A stretch of DNA of 64,000 nucleotides. Source: Eledone cirrhosa. Lineage: Eukaryota. This document shows, in pieces, positions 1 through 16,161 of the stretch. The stretch lies in NCBI GenBank assembly GCA_964016885.1, contig OZ024740.1:351850001-351914000 (forward strand), in the 5' to 3' direction. The number at the start of each line of letters is the position of its first letter. Positions within the stretch are counted from its first letter, which is position 1. The notes under the pieces were generated by a model. That model was not told the origin of the DNA and ran no database searches. It worked only from the letters and a program-made list of their open reading frames with translations. Both the position numbers and the translations under genes were made by a program.

Positions 1-652
1 CACCAATACCCTTCTACATATGACCGAGAATAGAGACCAGTGGTGATGGCTGACTGTGAAAGTATATAAAGTGTCACCCCAGTGACTGGCTACACCAGTT
101 GCAGGAACATGATCGATTGAGTGATTGATACTGCTCCTTATATAGTCAGTATTGTACATAATAAAAAAAAAATGATTGATAACAATTGTATCTTCAAAGA
201 AATAGAGAAAACACTTTATCTCAGAACATGCAATACAATAAGCTCAAGGCTTGGATTTGAATTCTTGACCAAAATCTCATCAGCATAGTTTTAACATCAA
301 TTTTGTTTTCTATATTGATATAATGTGGGTAGTACTGCACTATTACATTGATTTATTGCAGACAGTAAATGTTTAGTTAATGTTATTAATGTGTTCTTGA
401 ATAATGTAACAACTTTTATTAAATATGACCATACAAGAAGGACGACAACCAAGGACATGAAAAACCACAGCCAATCCACTGGCCAATACTACACAAAACA
501 AAGTCATGCAGCAAGAATTATGTCTCGAGTTTGTTTTTCTTTTTTCTTATTGCTTATTGCAGTAAATCTCTAATTATTCTTCAATATTTATTTTATTAAT
601 GAAGCAATTTGAAATGAAAGCAATCAAATTAGAATCAATCAGGGTTTTTTAT

Positions 653-1112
<460 letters not shown>

Positions 1113-2379
1113 ATATATATATATATATATATATATGGGTAATACAGAAGACATGCCTTCCCATGCACACAGACTCAAACATACATCTAGTAGGCAACTC
1201 TTAACCTCTAAACCCCACCCACCAACTCCTGTCCACACCACACTTACACTGTGAACAAAATATATCCAGCCCACACTATAAAGTGGTTGTGTAGGTCTCA
1301 GCCACACTGTAAAGTGGTCATGTAGGAGACACAACAAAAAACAGCCAGCACACTGTTAGACAACCCGTCCAACCCATGCTAACATGGACGTTAAATGATG
1401 ATGATGATAATATATATATGAAAAAATTCAGCCCTAGAAAACTTGCCAAACAGAGGACTCTTCAGCTGTGCCATAGGCATTATAAATGACCGCCAAGTAC
1501 ATGCTGTAAAGTAGTTGGTGATATGAAGGGCATAGAAAACCTGTCAAATAAAGAGTTAGAAAGACTTTTCAGCTATGCTAAAGACATGACAACTTCCCTA
1601 GTGTTGATGCCACGATAAAATGTATTTGGTAGAACGTGGGATCATATGTATTGTCCCTGGTTCAGCTTAAGTACCAATCATTTCTAGCAGAGAAAACTGT
1701 TGTTAAACAATTCTGCTGATGAATCTTGGCAGTAAATTTTATTTAGTTATTAGAACATCAGATTAAATACCTAGGTATATGTTTCTGCATTCTGAGTTCA
1801 AATCCTGTCAAGCTCAACTTTGCCTTTTGACAACTTTGCCTTTTGACCTTTTGGGGTCAATAAATAAAGTACTATTGGTGAAATTGTTGAAGAATTGGAT
1901 GGGATGCTTTGCAATATCTGATTCAGTGCTGTGCATTCTGAGGTCAAATCTTATTTCCTTCTGTTAGGAGTTGTGACCAGCAGATAATATCAGCTACGGA
2001 AATACCAATGGAAACAGTTTCCTCGATTCGATTTGACATTTGGCATTTTTTCCATATATAAAATGGATGGTGGATGGCAGATTTGGTAGAGCAGTAGATA
2101 AAACACTGATATTTGACTATGTTCCTTTATGCTCTAAGTTCAAATCCTGCCTAGTCTTCCATCCTTACAAGGTCAACAAATTAAATGCCAATTTATATGT
2201 ACTGATGTTGATATAATCAACTATACCCATGAAGGTGATAACCTAGCATGGCCTCAGTCCGATGATAGAAACCACTAATAGAATTATAGGTAATATATAT
2301 ATATCAGATTGGATGCGGTAAAAACCAGTTAAACCATTACTCACCAGAGTACTCGATACTTGGGATAGTAGAGTGGGTA

Positions 2380-2482
2380 ATATGAAAAAATTCAGGACCC
2401 CAACAGCTGAGCTTCAGCCGTTTCAACAGCTAGATCTAGCTGTTGAAATGGCCGGAGCTCAGCCGTGGGGGTCCTAAATTTG

Positions 2483-2489
<7 letters not shown>
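2380..2489. repeat. Near-perfect ~110-bp palindrome
   Basis: ATATGAAAAAATTCAGGACCCC...AGCTAGATCTAGCT...GGGGTCCTAAATTTGTTCATAT; arms are reverse complements centred on AGATCT (2432-2437). Confidence 0.9.
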
Positions 2490-2545
<56 letters not shown>

Positions 2546-2689
2546 GGGGAAGGAATTTGTTGAGAAAATTGTAAACAATAAGATCGAAACTACACTGCCG
2601 AGGATCAAACTTTAATTGACTTTCCCTTCCCCCAAAATTGCTATTCTTGTATCGAAACCATTAGTGAGATGGTTTTTGTAACATAACTT

Positions 2690-2878
2690 AAAGAAGTTCA
2701 TATGCTTGCTATGAAGTATTGATGTTAGGGCTGTGAAATCTTGCATGCATTAATTTCAAATCTTCTTATTAATAACTGCATTGCTTCTTTCCAGGGACTA
2801 CGTTGAAAAATAAACATCATTTGGTTATTCCATGAAAGTATCTTGGTCAGACTATGAACTTTTCAGCTGACCCTCTTA
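2690..2878 (+). mobile_element. Mariner-type MITE, degenerate copy of 26026-26224
   Basis: Shares body (GAAATCTTGCATG...AATAACTGCATTG...) and right TIR CTATGAACTTTTCAGCTGACCCTC with the 26026 element. Confidence 0.75.
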
Positions 2879-3184
2879 TATCAAATTATGTAAGATTTTA
2901 ATTTAATCATAAACAGTTTAAAGTAGACAGTTTCATAACAAAACTTGATGTGATTGGGGACGAGTTAGTATAGAAAGGGGTAATTCTCATTAATTACATT
3001 GTTATATATAAACTTTGGGAGCTGAGTGGAGTCTGAATACTTAAACATTCCAACATTTCTTGTTTGTAGCAATCTACAATTTTGCATTTACTACAGTTAT
3101 GCTACAATTTCAACATGAGTCATATTTCTACTGGATATTTATTGATTAAAATGTCTCATTGTTGCATGCATACACTCCTAAAAC

Positions 3185-3460
3185 AGACATATATACTCAC
3201 TTCCATATTCATACATAAACACACATACACACTCAGTTTTATATTCATACATACACACTCACTTTCATATTCATACATAGACACTCACTTTCATATTCAT
3301 ACATAGACACTCAGTTTTAAATTCATACATATACACATACACACTCAGTTTTTTATTCATACATATACACTCACTTTCATAGTCATATATATACACACTC
3401 ACTTTTACATTCATACATATACACACATACACACTTTCATACTCATACATATACATTCAC
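3185..3460. repeat. Degenerate ~28-32 bp minisatellite (ATATTCATACATATACACACTCACTTTC-like)
   Basis: About 9 visible tandem imperfect units. Confidence 0.85.
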
Positions 3461-3904
3461 ATCCCCTTTATACACATTATATATGTATGTGTGTATGGTT
3501 TAATATATGTATGTGTGTAAGTGTGTGTATAATATGAATGTATGTACATATGCATGTGAAAATAGAGTTCCACTGTGGTTTAAAAGCTATGTGGAAGAAA
3601 TAAATTAAAGAAAATAATACAAAGATATAGTCAACTGTTTTTGTTGTTGTCGAAGGCTAAACTAACTAGCAGTGATATAGAATGGTTAATTCTTGCAGTT
3701 AAGAAAGAAGGAGAAAGAAGATAGCAAAGAAAAGAAGGAAAACAGCAGAAACAACTGAAATATCAAAGAAAAAAACCCCAAAAAATCAAAAAAACAATCA
3801 AATCTACAATGTTGTCTGCAAGGGTCTTCATAGAAACGGAAACATTCAGGAATGGCATTTTCTATAACTCTTCCTGTTTTTTTGTTTTTTTTACACACGC
3901 ATCA

Positions 3905-4943
3905 TATCATCATCATCATCATCGTTTAACGTCCACATTCCACGCTTCCATGGGTTTGGACGGGAGTTTTCCCACTTGAGGCAAGAGTGGTTGTCTTGCT
4001 CGCATAGGACTGTCTGGCGGGTTTTCTACAGCTGGATGCCCTTCCTAACACCAACCACATTTACAGTGTGGGACTGGGAGGTTTTTACTGTGTTACCTAC
4101 ACGACCACATTACATCGTGGACAGTGTGTTTTTTTGTCGTGACACCTACACGACCTCATTTGTTTTGGCCTGGATGTTGTGGCACCAACATAACTTTCCA
4201 TTGAAAGGGGCGGTGTAGATGGGGTGGGGTGGCGGGACGGGGGTGTATTTTGTTAGAGGTGCCTACTGACTGTAGTAGGTTTTACTTAGTATTTAGGTAA
4301 GGTGGGTCTTCTCTATTACTGAGTACCGCCAAAGATCTCGGTCCAGTGACATTGTCTTGGAGAGGTGTAAGTGCGTGAGGTCGGAATTTATCAAGTTGTC
4401 CCAGGTTTTTCTGGGTCTGCCTACTCCGTGGCTACCGTCTATCTTTATTGCCCTGCACTTTGTTATACAGCTGTCGTCTTTCATGTGCATCACGTGACCA
4501 TACCAACGTAGCCATCTCTCGAGTACACAACATCTGATCCCTCTTATTTCTAATTTTTCCCTTAGTTCATTAATGCTTTGCCGTTCACGTATATTACTAG
4601 TACACATCCAGCGGAGCATGCAAGCTTCGTTCCTCTCTAGTCTGCGTATATCCTCTGCACACAATGCCCAGGTCTCACTGCCATGCAACATTGCTGTTCG
4701 TATGCAGGCATCATACAACCTGCCTTTCATTTTTAGAGAGAACCCTTTAGCGGCCAATAGCGGTATAAGCTCTCTGAACTTTTTCCATCCAGTTCTGACT
4801 CTAGCTACTGTACTTTCAGAGCACCCTCCCCCACTGCTGATTTTGTCACCCAGGTAACGGAAGCTGTCCACTATTTCTATAGAACCCTCTGCGCAATTGA
4901 AAGAGCTAGTATTTTGTGGGCACTTGCTGCTACTTATTGCACC
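3905..4943 (-). mobile_element. RTE-clade LINE, 5'-truncated copy A
   Basis: C-terminal ORF (FRYLG...MLHGSETW...LRWYGHV...GRPRKTW), ~390-bp 3' UTR and (GAT)n tail; highly similar to 42697-43740 and 63553-64000. Confidence 0.95.
4293..4871 (-). pseudogene. RTE LINE ORF C-terminal fragment (RT thumb/C-terminal region)
   Basis: Translated motifs FRYLGD, YDACIRTAMLHGSETW, RWLRWYGHVMHM, GRPRKTW typical of RTE reverse transcriptases. Confidence 0.92.
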
Positions 4944-5187
4944 ATCATCATTATGATTTTACACCAGCTTTTCAAGCTCATGGGTTGTCACCATTTGAGA
5001 CTTGATGGGTTGTAGAACATTGTTACCCTTGTACATTCCATTTTTGGTAGGGTTTCTATGGCTGGATGCCTCTTCTAAAGCCAACAACAACATTATATAT
5101 ATATCTGTTCTTGTCAGATGACCCTGTGATAATCAGGCGAAAATATATATTTGTGTATATATATATATATATACACAAATATATATT

Positions 5188-5228
<41 letters not shown>

Positions 5229-5229
5229 C

Positions 5230-5560
5230 TTTTTAGGCTGCCAGCAGTCACCATGGTTTTGCACCTAGAATGTTTTCCTCTGAGGCACAACTCTGGGAAA
5301 GGTTTGTTTATGGAAGACCAACAGTTGCCCATGCATACCAGTCTCCCCTCTCCATGCCCTCGATGATGTCCAAGGGAAACACTGGTCGATACAGCTTGGC
5401 ACCAGTGACGTCGCAACCCATTTCTACAGCTGAGTGAACTGGAACAATGTGAAATAAAGTGTCTTACTCAAGTACACAACATATCACCCAGTCTGAGAAT
5501 TGAACACACAACCTCTCAATTGCAAGCCCAATGTTCTAACCACTAAGGCATGTGCCTTCA
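5230..5560 (-). mobile_element. tRNA-derived CORE-like SINE with a different 3' body
   Basis: Reverse complement of the same head and centre as 788-945, followed by an unrelated 3' half. Confidence 0.8.
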
Positions 5561-5562
5561 CT

Positions 5563-5777
5563 ATCATCATCATTTTACGTCCAATTTTTCCCTGCTTGCA
5601 AGGGTGGGACGGGAACTGATTCTGGCTTGATTTCTACAGCTGGATGCCCTTCCTAACACCAACCTCATTTACAGTGAGTGCTGGGTGCTTTTTTGCCGTG
5701 GCGCCTCTACGACCACTTTGCAGTGGAATGATAGGGACCCCAGTCCCTATCATCTCATTTCTACAGCTGAGTAAACT
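5563..5777 (-). mobile_element. 5'-truncated copy of the RTE-tailed SINE
   Basis: Near-identical reverse complement of 21830-22035. Confidence 0.88.
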
Positions 5778-7454
5778 AATATATATATATATATACACAC
5801 ACACACTCATGCATACACATTCACTTATATCTACACATGTACACAACCACAACACACACATGCATGTGTGTTGTGTCTATGTATCCTTCAACAATCATTA
5901 ACAATAGATATGATAATAGCTCTAGTTAAGTTGATACTTAGTAATGACTATGTATTCATTGCTGAGTGCATTAACAGATCCACATGTGTAAGTAGATATA
6001 TTGATACTGTAGGGTGATGCATTTAAACATTTCATTAGCAATCATTTATTTCTACTTACTTATTGGCTGTTTTAGCACATGTACAACCATATGGTGCTAA
6101 GCCTGCTTCAAAGGATTTCTTTATGTCAATTCTACTTTAATTACACTGGTTTCAAGAAAAATGTATGTAGGGCAACAGATATAATTAAAGCTTTTATCAT
6201 ATGAAATATTAATATGGGTGATAAAGGAAAGAAATAGGAGAAAAGATAGATTGACAAATAGATAGATAGATAGTATGATATTTAATACACTACACTAATT
6301 AAAAATTACTTCTTTAAAAAGATAAATTGATGACTGAAATTCTTCTTTTCAACAAAATTTCGAATTTGTTTAACTTCTTCAGAGCCCATGTCGCCATAGC
6401 AGGAGAGGTGCAGTTTATGAAATGTACTTTGGTAGCTTGTAATATAGGATTCAAATATTGCATTGGGTCTGTAGAAGCAATGATAAACTATATCAGTATA
6501 ACCAACTTTCTTTCACTAGATAGATATGAAGTCTTTGGTAAAGAACCAATGACTAAATGAATTTGAAGGTCACTATCTATTTCAAGTTCCACAAGCTTCT
6601 GTTTAGTATCACAGTAGCCCTAACCTATGATCAAAGATCTTCTTCAGTAGCAGATCTATGATCAAAGATCTTCTTCAGTCATAGTGTATTTAGGATCACG
6701 CTATCTATTGTATTGTGTTCTGTTCTGTGTTAAGAAAGTAGGGTGTAATTTAAGAGAGATTTACCAGCTATTTTTAGCAGGTCAAGTGATGAGATAGTTG
6801 CTCCCTTATAGGTTCAGCAAGCCTTGGCATTGTTTTTGTTGCTATAGTTCAGTGTTTCCATAATTATGATACATTGCTCATGCACAAGCTTCGTGTTTAT
6901 CTAACTAGAATATGCACCATTCCAGCCTCATGGTTCTGTGAATTGCATTAGAAAGAACTGTGCAGCAATAAAAATAGGAATTTAAAAAAAAAAACACTTT
7001 TATTATATTAAGATACATGCAAACATTGGTGCTGCAAAATAAATCTTATTTATTTACCAAAGCAGTTATCATTATAAGTGGATATGATTTTTCCCTGTTC
7101 TCATGTATTTCGCAGTATATCTTAGTTTTCATAACTAAGCATCAGAGCTTCAAATTGTGGTCAACCATATTCTATCTAAGAGATGATGTATTTTTCATCT
7201 CCTCAACACCATCAAACCACATCTAAAAGCTGACCATCAAAAGACATTCAAGGATTAAATTGTTGTTGTTGTTACATCGGTTAAAACACCAAAATCAGAA
7301 CATCTCGTGTAACTGTATTGCCTTTACTATGTGGATTGTGTCCATAGAATTTGAGATCAGCACAGTAAGCTGTCAAAAGATCATATGTATGACAGACTCT
7401 TTGCAACTCAACTGTGCATACATGCAGCCTGGATGTCTTACAATATGTCTCATT

Positions 7455-7705
7455 GGGCTGGCACGTGGCCTAATAGTAAAAGTGTTGAACTTACAATCAT
7501 AACGTGGTGGGTTGCATGTTGTATTTTTAATATTGCTCCAATGTACTCAGCTGAAAAGGAGTACCAGCAATAGCTGGGGGTTTAAACCTGTGATGGACTG
7601 GCATCCTGTCTTGGGGAGAGTCTTGTACTCTCAGTCGCTTCAGGCCATGAAACCGGGATAAACACCGGCTTAATGAGACTTCTGGTTTAAGACTAGACTA
7701 GACTA
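7455..7705 (+). mobile_element. Degenerate tRNA-derived SINE with V-domain-like centre
   Basis: Head TGGCCTAATAGT; central CCTGTGATGGACTGGCATCCTGTC and GAAACCGGGATAA recalled from V-SINE-type families. Confidence 0.6.
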
Positions 7706-8879
7706 ACAATCTCTCAGCTTGAAGTTGATAAAAAAAATATCAGTAATAAATACGGATAACTAAATTCATTGCACTGTGTTCTAACAAAAGAGAACAGCCT
7801 CTTTGAGCTTTGTCAAAATAATTCATTATTATTTTTCTTTCACTATATTGACTTCATATGTGTCACTGAACAATATGTTTAGTTCCAGAAATTAAAAAAA
7901 AAACATCAGCTGTGTTAAACACATGACAACCTACATAGTGCTTTTCCCATGATAAACTGCACCCAGTACACTATGTAGAATACAGGAATATATAAAAGCA
8001 AGATGCCCCCACCACCATCACCACCTCCATTCTAACAGGGGTAAAGTATTGACTTGGTCTGTGACAACCCATCCAACCCTTGCTAGCAGAAAGCAGGCAT
8101 TAAATGATGAGTTGATGGTGATACGATTCAAATCTTTCATTTATGCCTTTGACAACACATTGACTATCATAACTTCCCATTTTTCTTTCCTTTAATGTTT
8201 AGAAATGTTGTGTCATATCCACCAGTCCACACTGTAAAATGGTTGTGCAGGTGTCATAAAAAGTACCCAGCACATACTGTAAATGTGGTTGGTGTTGGGA
8301 AGGACATCCAGCCATAGAAACCAAGCCAAAATCAGTCCTTTATGAGTGAAACATGGTCATCCAACCTGATCTCTCACAAAGGGACAGCTCATCCTACCCA
8401 TGCTAGTATGGAAAATGTACGTTAAATGATGATGATGCTCCACCACCACCACCATTCTGCCTAAAAAATGTAACTTTGCTCCACATGAGGTATGATGTAT
8501 AAGTTATTAAATATGCAAAGGCTCAAACCTCCTACCTCTGTGTCCGGTTACAAACATGTTATGTTACATCCTGGAGCAAGAAACTAATTTTCATTTATCA
8601 TTAAAGAAAAAAATATTGAAAAAAAAAAATCAAAAGCATTTGTCAAATTATAAATGAATCAATATTAAGTTTTACATATAAAAATTAAATTTTGATTTAT
8701 GCAGTAGTTAAACAACTCCCCTGTGACCTTTAATAACATAAATCTAAAACAAATCTATTCAAACATTCCAAAATTATCTTCACCAATTTTAAATGTCAAA
8801 AATTAATGTTTATTTTTTTTTACCGTTTGAGACAAAGTCTTTTTTTTTTCTATATGAAAGTATGTTTCTCGTGTTATAC

Positions 8880-9058
8880 ACTATATATATAATCATGTAT
8901 AAGTTTCACCTTTTTTCATGAAATTATGAAGTGAAAAACCAGCATGCAACTTATCTGCGAAACCCCAGTTGAAAATGTAGAGTACACCATAAATGTTGTA
9001 AGTAAAACAGAGGTGTGACTTATCTACTGGTGCAATTTATACATGAATATATAAAGTA
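8880..9058. mobile_element. Degenerate Tc2/pogo-like MITE
   Basis: Imperfect TIRs ATATATAATCATGTATAAGTTTCACC / GGTGCAATTTATACATGAATATATA with internal GTGACTTAT-type subterminal repeats. Confidence 0.5.
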
Positions 9059-9604
9059 TATTTTTTGCAATGTGGTCTAAGGTATATTTTCTAATTGATA
9101 TGTCTATTTTTGTATTTAGGTACAGATATGTTAATTTTCAATTAGTGCACAGTCAACATAGGGTAGAAAAGATCCTTTAGTCTTGTCAAGGACCTGACAG
9201 CATCTGTAGTGATGGTGCCACAATAAAATATACCCAGTACATTCTATAAAGTGGCAGTGATGGTGCCAGAATAAAATGCCCCCTGTATATTCTATGAAGT
9301 CATAGAGTTAGTGTCACAATAAAATGCACCTATTCTGTTATCATGATAAAATTGTATAAATGTTATACTTATAAAATTGTATACATAAATTGGCTGGCAT
9401 TAAGAAGAGCATCCAATTGTAGATAGCATGCCAAAATATGGAACATATGAGCAAGTTGTGGTTATGAAAACCATGACAACCCAACCAGCCCATGTCAGCA
9501 TGGAAAAGACATAAAATACTGTTGCTGATGGCACTATTGACTATATGGTATGGTATGGTCCTGTAACACCGGGGAGGGGGGGGGGGGGGGGGGGCACTAT
9601 ATTG

Positions 9605-9866
9605 CCATACAGCGTTTCTTGGGCATTTTAAGGCCTGAGTACAGCAGGTTTCTTCCAGAGAGAGATAGAAAGTGAGAGAGAAGAAATGAGAAAGAGATAT
9701 AGAGGAAGAATCGACCCCAGTACTAGACAGGTACTTTTCTTATCGACCTCGAAAAGATGAGAGGCAAAGTTGACCTCGGTCGGATTAGAACTCAGAGAGT
9801 AGAGAGCCAGAACGGATACCATAAAGCATTCTATCCAACGTTCTAATGACTGCCAATTCACTACCT
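9605..9866 (-). mobile_element. tRNA-derived SINE with Meta/MESC-like central domain
   Basis: Reverse complement has A box TGGCAGTCATTAG, B box GAGTTCTAATCC and GCCTCTCATCTTTTCGAGGTCGATAAG...AGTACC; same subfamily as 10865-11112 and 32317-32580. Confidence 0.8.
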
Positions 9867-10557
9867 GAATTGATATATGTTCATATTTTTTTTATCATTT
9901 CAGTTAATTTTTGCCATTACCACCCATCTTTCATCTGAGCATATTTTGAGTTTGAAATTCAATGAAGATCCTTACTTAAAACATCAGAATTTATATCTCC
10001 TCATGACACATAAAACTATTTCATTTTAGAAATGTTATTAACTAATTCTTGTGGTCTGAATGGCACAGAGCATCACTAGTTTTGCTGTGTTCTATATTTG
10101 CTCTTTCATTAACAGTTATTTTCTCTTTTTAAATGTTTTGAACAGGCCTGGTATTGGAGTCTCAACAATGTTTTACAATATCTTACTGGCTCAATATTTG
10201 GTTCTGGTGTACACTTCAGTTCAATACTGTTATTTACACCATTATCTGTATGAATCCACAATTGTTTTACATTGAGTTCTTTGGAAAGGCATTGCTGTGT
10301 TTTTCTCAAGTTTGTATATGTTTTTTTTCAGGTTTGATTGACAAATATAATTTTTTCAGTGATTTTTATTCAGATGCTGAAGATTTTGGACTACATACAA
10401 GGTAGGATGTAATGGTACAAAGAGTTAATAAAGTTTTTGAGTATCTTAATACAAATTTGTGTAACATAAGAAGTGGGATGCTATACAGCAGAGAAATATA
10501 TGTATGGACCCATAACTCCTGATGGGGTCATAGGGACACTGTTATGGGCATTTTAAA

Positions 10558-10862
10558 TATAATAATAATAATGAAATTATTGTGTAAAGTGCTCAGGTGC
10601 ACCACAACTCGTCAATATAGTACATAGAATAATACACAAATGTCAGGGAAGTACATGTGTGTATGTGTTAGCTGTAGTGTTGGCGGATCTCGGGAAGCAT
10701 GGAGGCCTTAAAGGATGCAGTGTCTCGACAACTAACAACTGATGCAGGTAGTTTGTTCCATGCTTCAGCAACTCTGAGCGTGAAAAAATGTTTCCGAAAG
10801 TCATGGGAACTGTGCTGTTTTCTTACTTTGTGGGCATGTCCACGTGTGTTAGACACATGGAA
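10558..10862 (-). mobile_element. CR1-type LINE 3' fragment inserted in a SINE tail
   Basis: Encodes HVSNTRGHAHKVRKQHSSHDFRKHFFTLRVAEAWNKLP, matching the end of the 32595 ORF; (ATT)n tail; SINE tail resumes at 10545-10557. Confidence 0.9.
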
Positions 10863-10864
10863 AT

Positions 10865-11112
10865 GGCAGAGCCCATCCCTTTCCAGGTCTGAACCCAGAT
10901 GATTTTTTGCCAGAACAGTAAGAGAATGAGAGAGAGGAAGTGAGAAAGATATATAGGAAGAGTTGACCCAATACTGCACTGGTATTACTTTTATCAACCT
11001 CAAAAGGATGAAAGGCAAAGTTTACATCAGTGGGATTTGAGCACAGAGAGCCATAATGAATATAGCCAAGCATTCTACCTGATGTTCTAATGACTTTGCC
11101 AATTCACTGCCT
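10865..11112 (-). mobile_element. Meta-like SINE
   Basis: Contains reverse complement of CAAATCCCACTGATGTAAACTTTGCCTTTCATCCTTTTGAGGTTGATAAAAG. Confidence 0.8.
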
Positions 11113-12689
11113 TCATCATTTAACATCCATCTTCCATGCTAAAAGATATTTTTTAGCATAAGTTATACAGAGAGGAAGGACAGTTCCAATGAATGCTACC
11201 TATCCAATAGATGAGATTGATGCAATCTATGCTCAGACCGAACATCTGCAGGGAAAATATGGACGATGTCTGAATACTGACAATAAAGTGAACTCCATTA
11301 CAAGCAACAAAAGATTATGCGATGGTGTTAAACTGGATGATGACTATGCTTTCATTAGTGAGGAATTAATTAATTAAGGTCTATTTCATGTACATCAGTA
11401 ATTTACAAGATAGAATGAGTAAGAATGAGTTAAGAAAGTAGCCAGTTATCAATGGCATTGACCGAAGTAACAAGGGGAGATGACAGAGGTTGGTTTGGCC
11501 ATGTCATGTGAATTGGTAAGGATATATGATGGGTAAGTGGTTAGAAAATGGTAAACATACTAGTGGTTGATCAAACAGGACTAAGGGAAAGTTACTTGAA
11601 ATATTTTATATTGAAAACGAACTCTACTCATACCCAAAACACCATAAATTATGAGCCTGATAATAATAATTAATGGCATATCATGCTTCTATGTGTTCAG
11701 ATTTTCCTATGGGATCACTATTACATTTTATAATGTATTGTTTTCATATTTCAATGTATGAGGGAATATGCATTCTACTAGAAGGTGGGTGAGCTGAGAG
11801 AGTAACAGAGCTATAGGCTTGAAATATGCAGGAATTGTTGCCAATGTACTATGGACATGAAATGTGAATGAATAGTGAATTCTCGGTGAAAAATGTGTTA
11901 TGGGTTGTCAGTAGAGGGATTTGGGGAAGAGAAAAATATTGGAAGATGTAGTAAAGTGTGATTTCAAGTGGCTAAGCTTCACAGAAGGAGGGAAAATGCA
12001 CAAGATGAATGGGAATGCACTTTAAGGATGATTTGATAAACCTATTTCAGTATGGAAAAATATAAGTTAAAACACTGATGATGATGATGTGGTTTCAAGT
12101 ATGTTTACCAATGAGTCTAAAAAAACATTAATAGTTATAAAAACAGGAGATAAAAAAATGGAGAAAAATTCTAAACAGTTTAAATGCAAATGTAGAGGAA
12201 GTGGAATACTTTGATAGCTCCCAAATAAGGCAGCAAATATTCAAAGTTGCAGACAAAGAGACATGTGTAATAGACATTGTAAGATAATAAATATAGTCTT
12301 TACTGAGTTGGGTGGGGATCAATGAAAATATAGAACCAGATAGCCAAAAATGACCTCCAAAAGTAGGATATCTACAAAGGAAATGACTAAGAATTAGAAT
12401 GAGACATGTTGGAAGGAGACAAATATGTCTGATTTAATCAAAAAGAAAGGAAAAGAAATAAACAAACCACCAGTTATAAATGATGGTGGCAGTGGTGGTG
12501 ATGATAATGATAGTGGTGGTAATGATAATGATGATGGTGGTGCTGGAAATAGTAATCATGGCATGCATTATGTCAATGTTTAAAAACATACAAATCTAAA
12601 TAGCTAAAAGTTAAATATTTGCATGAGATCTTTTAGCAATGACAAAATACAAAACTATTATTCTATATGTGATATTAATGTACATGAAC

Positions 12690-13030
12690 AGTGAAGCATC
12701 GATGAACTGAGAGGAACTGGGTATATGAGGAATGAAACTGGGTATATGAAGAATACTCTGTACAAGAGAAAATACTGTGTTGGTATGAACATGTAATGCA
12801 TATGGATGATGTTAATTGGGTGAAGAAGTGTCAGAAGCTACTAGTGGAAGGAAGCTTCAATAGAAGAAGACCTGGGCAGAAGTAGTGAGAATGATTCTCA
12901 AAACACGGAACATCATAGAGGAGATGACAAAAGAATACAGCAAGTGAAGGGCGGCTCTGCTAGAAAAGACCTGACCAACCCATGCTATCATAAAAAAACT
13001 AACATAAAAATTATGAAGATGAAGATGGTG
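12690..13030 (+). mobile_element. Old decayed RTE LINE 3' end
   Basis: Fragmented translation SIDELR...QEKILCWYEHVMHMDDVNWVKKCQKLLVEG...KTWAEVV followed by CCAACCCATGCTA tail; a similar more decayed remnant lies at ~11770-12090. Confidence 0.75.
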
Positions 13031-13495
13031 AATTTACAAACAGAAAGTAAGTATTTTACAGTAAACCAACCACAGAGAGCTTTATAGCTGACCCAGCTAG
13101 ATATAAATATCAATCAAATCTCACTCAAATCACATCACACTGTCTTTAATAGGGAAGGACACATTAATAAATGATGTCCTAGATTTCCTCTAAAAAGATA
13201 ATGGCATAGCTATGGCTGGAATACTTTTCATCTTAGGTTTGCTTGATCAGAATTCACAAGGTTAAATAACAAGCAACCATTACCATCAACCACTCAAGTG
13301 TAAGACCAAATGCTCAACTAGGTCAGATGAAGTAAACAGAGTTGTGATAACAATATTTTGATTATGAATGCAACAAAATAGCTAAATTTAGCTTTCAATA
13401 TACAGCTGCTGCCTAACAACATTTACAAAATATTTAAACTTATAGATGATGAAATGAAGCTATTGTAAACTGATATAATGATTTGTGCGTGTGCA

Positions 13496-16100
<2,605 letters not shown>

Positions 16101-16116
16101 TATGTGTGTGTGTACA

Positions 16117-16161
<45 letters not shown>

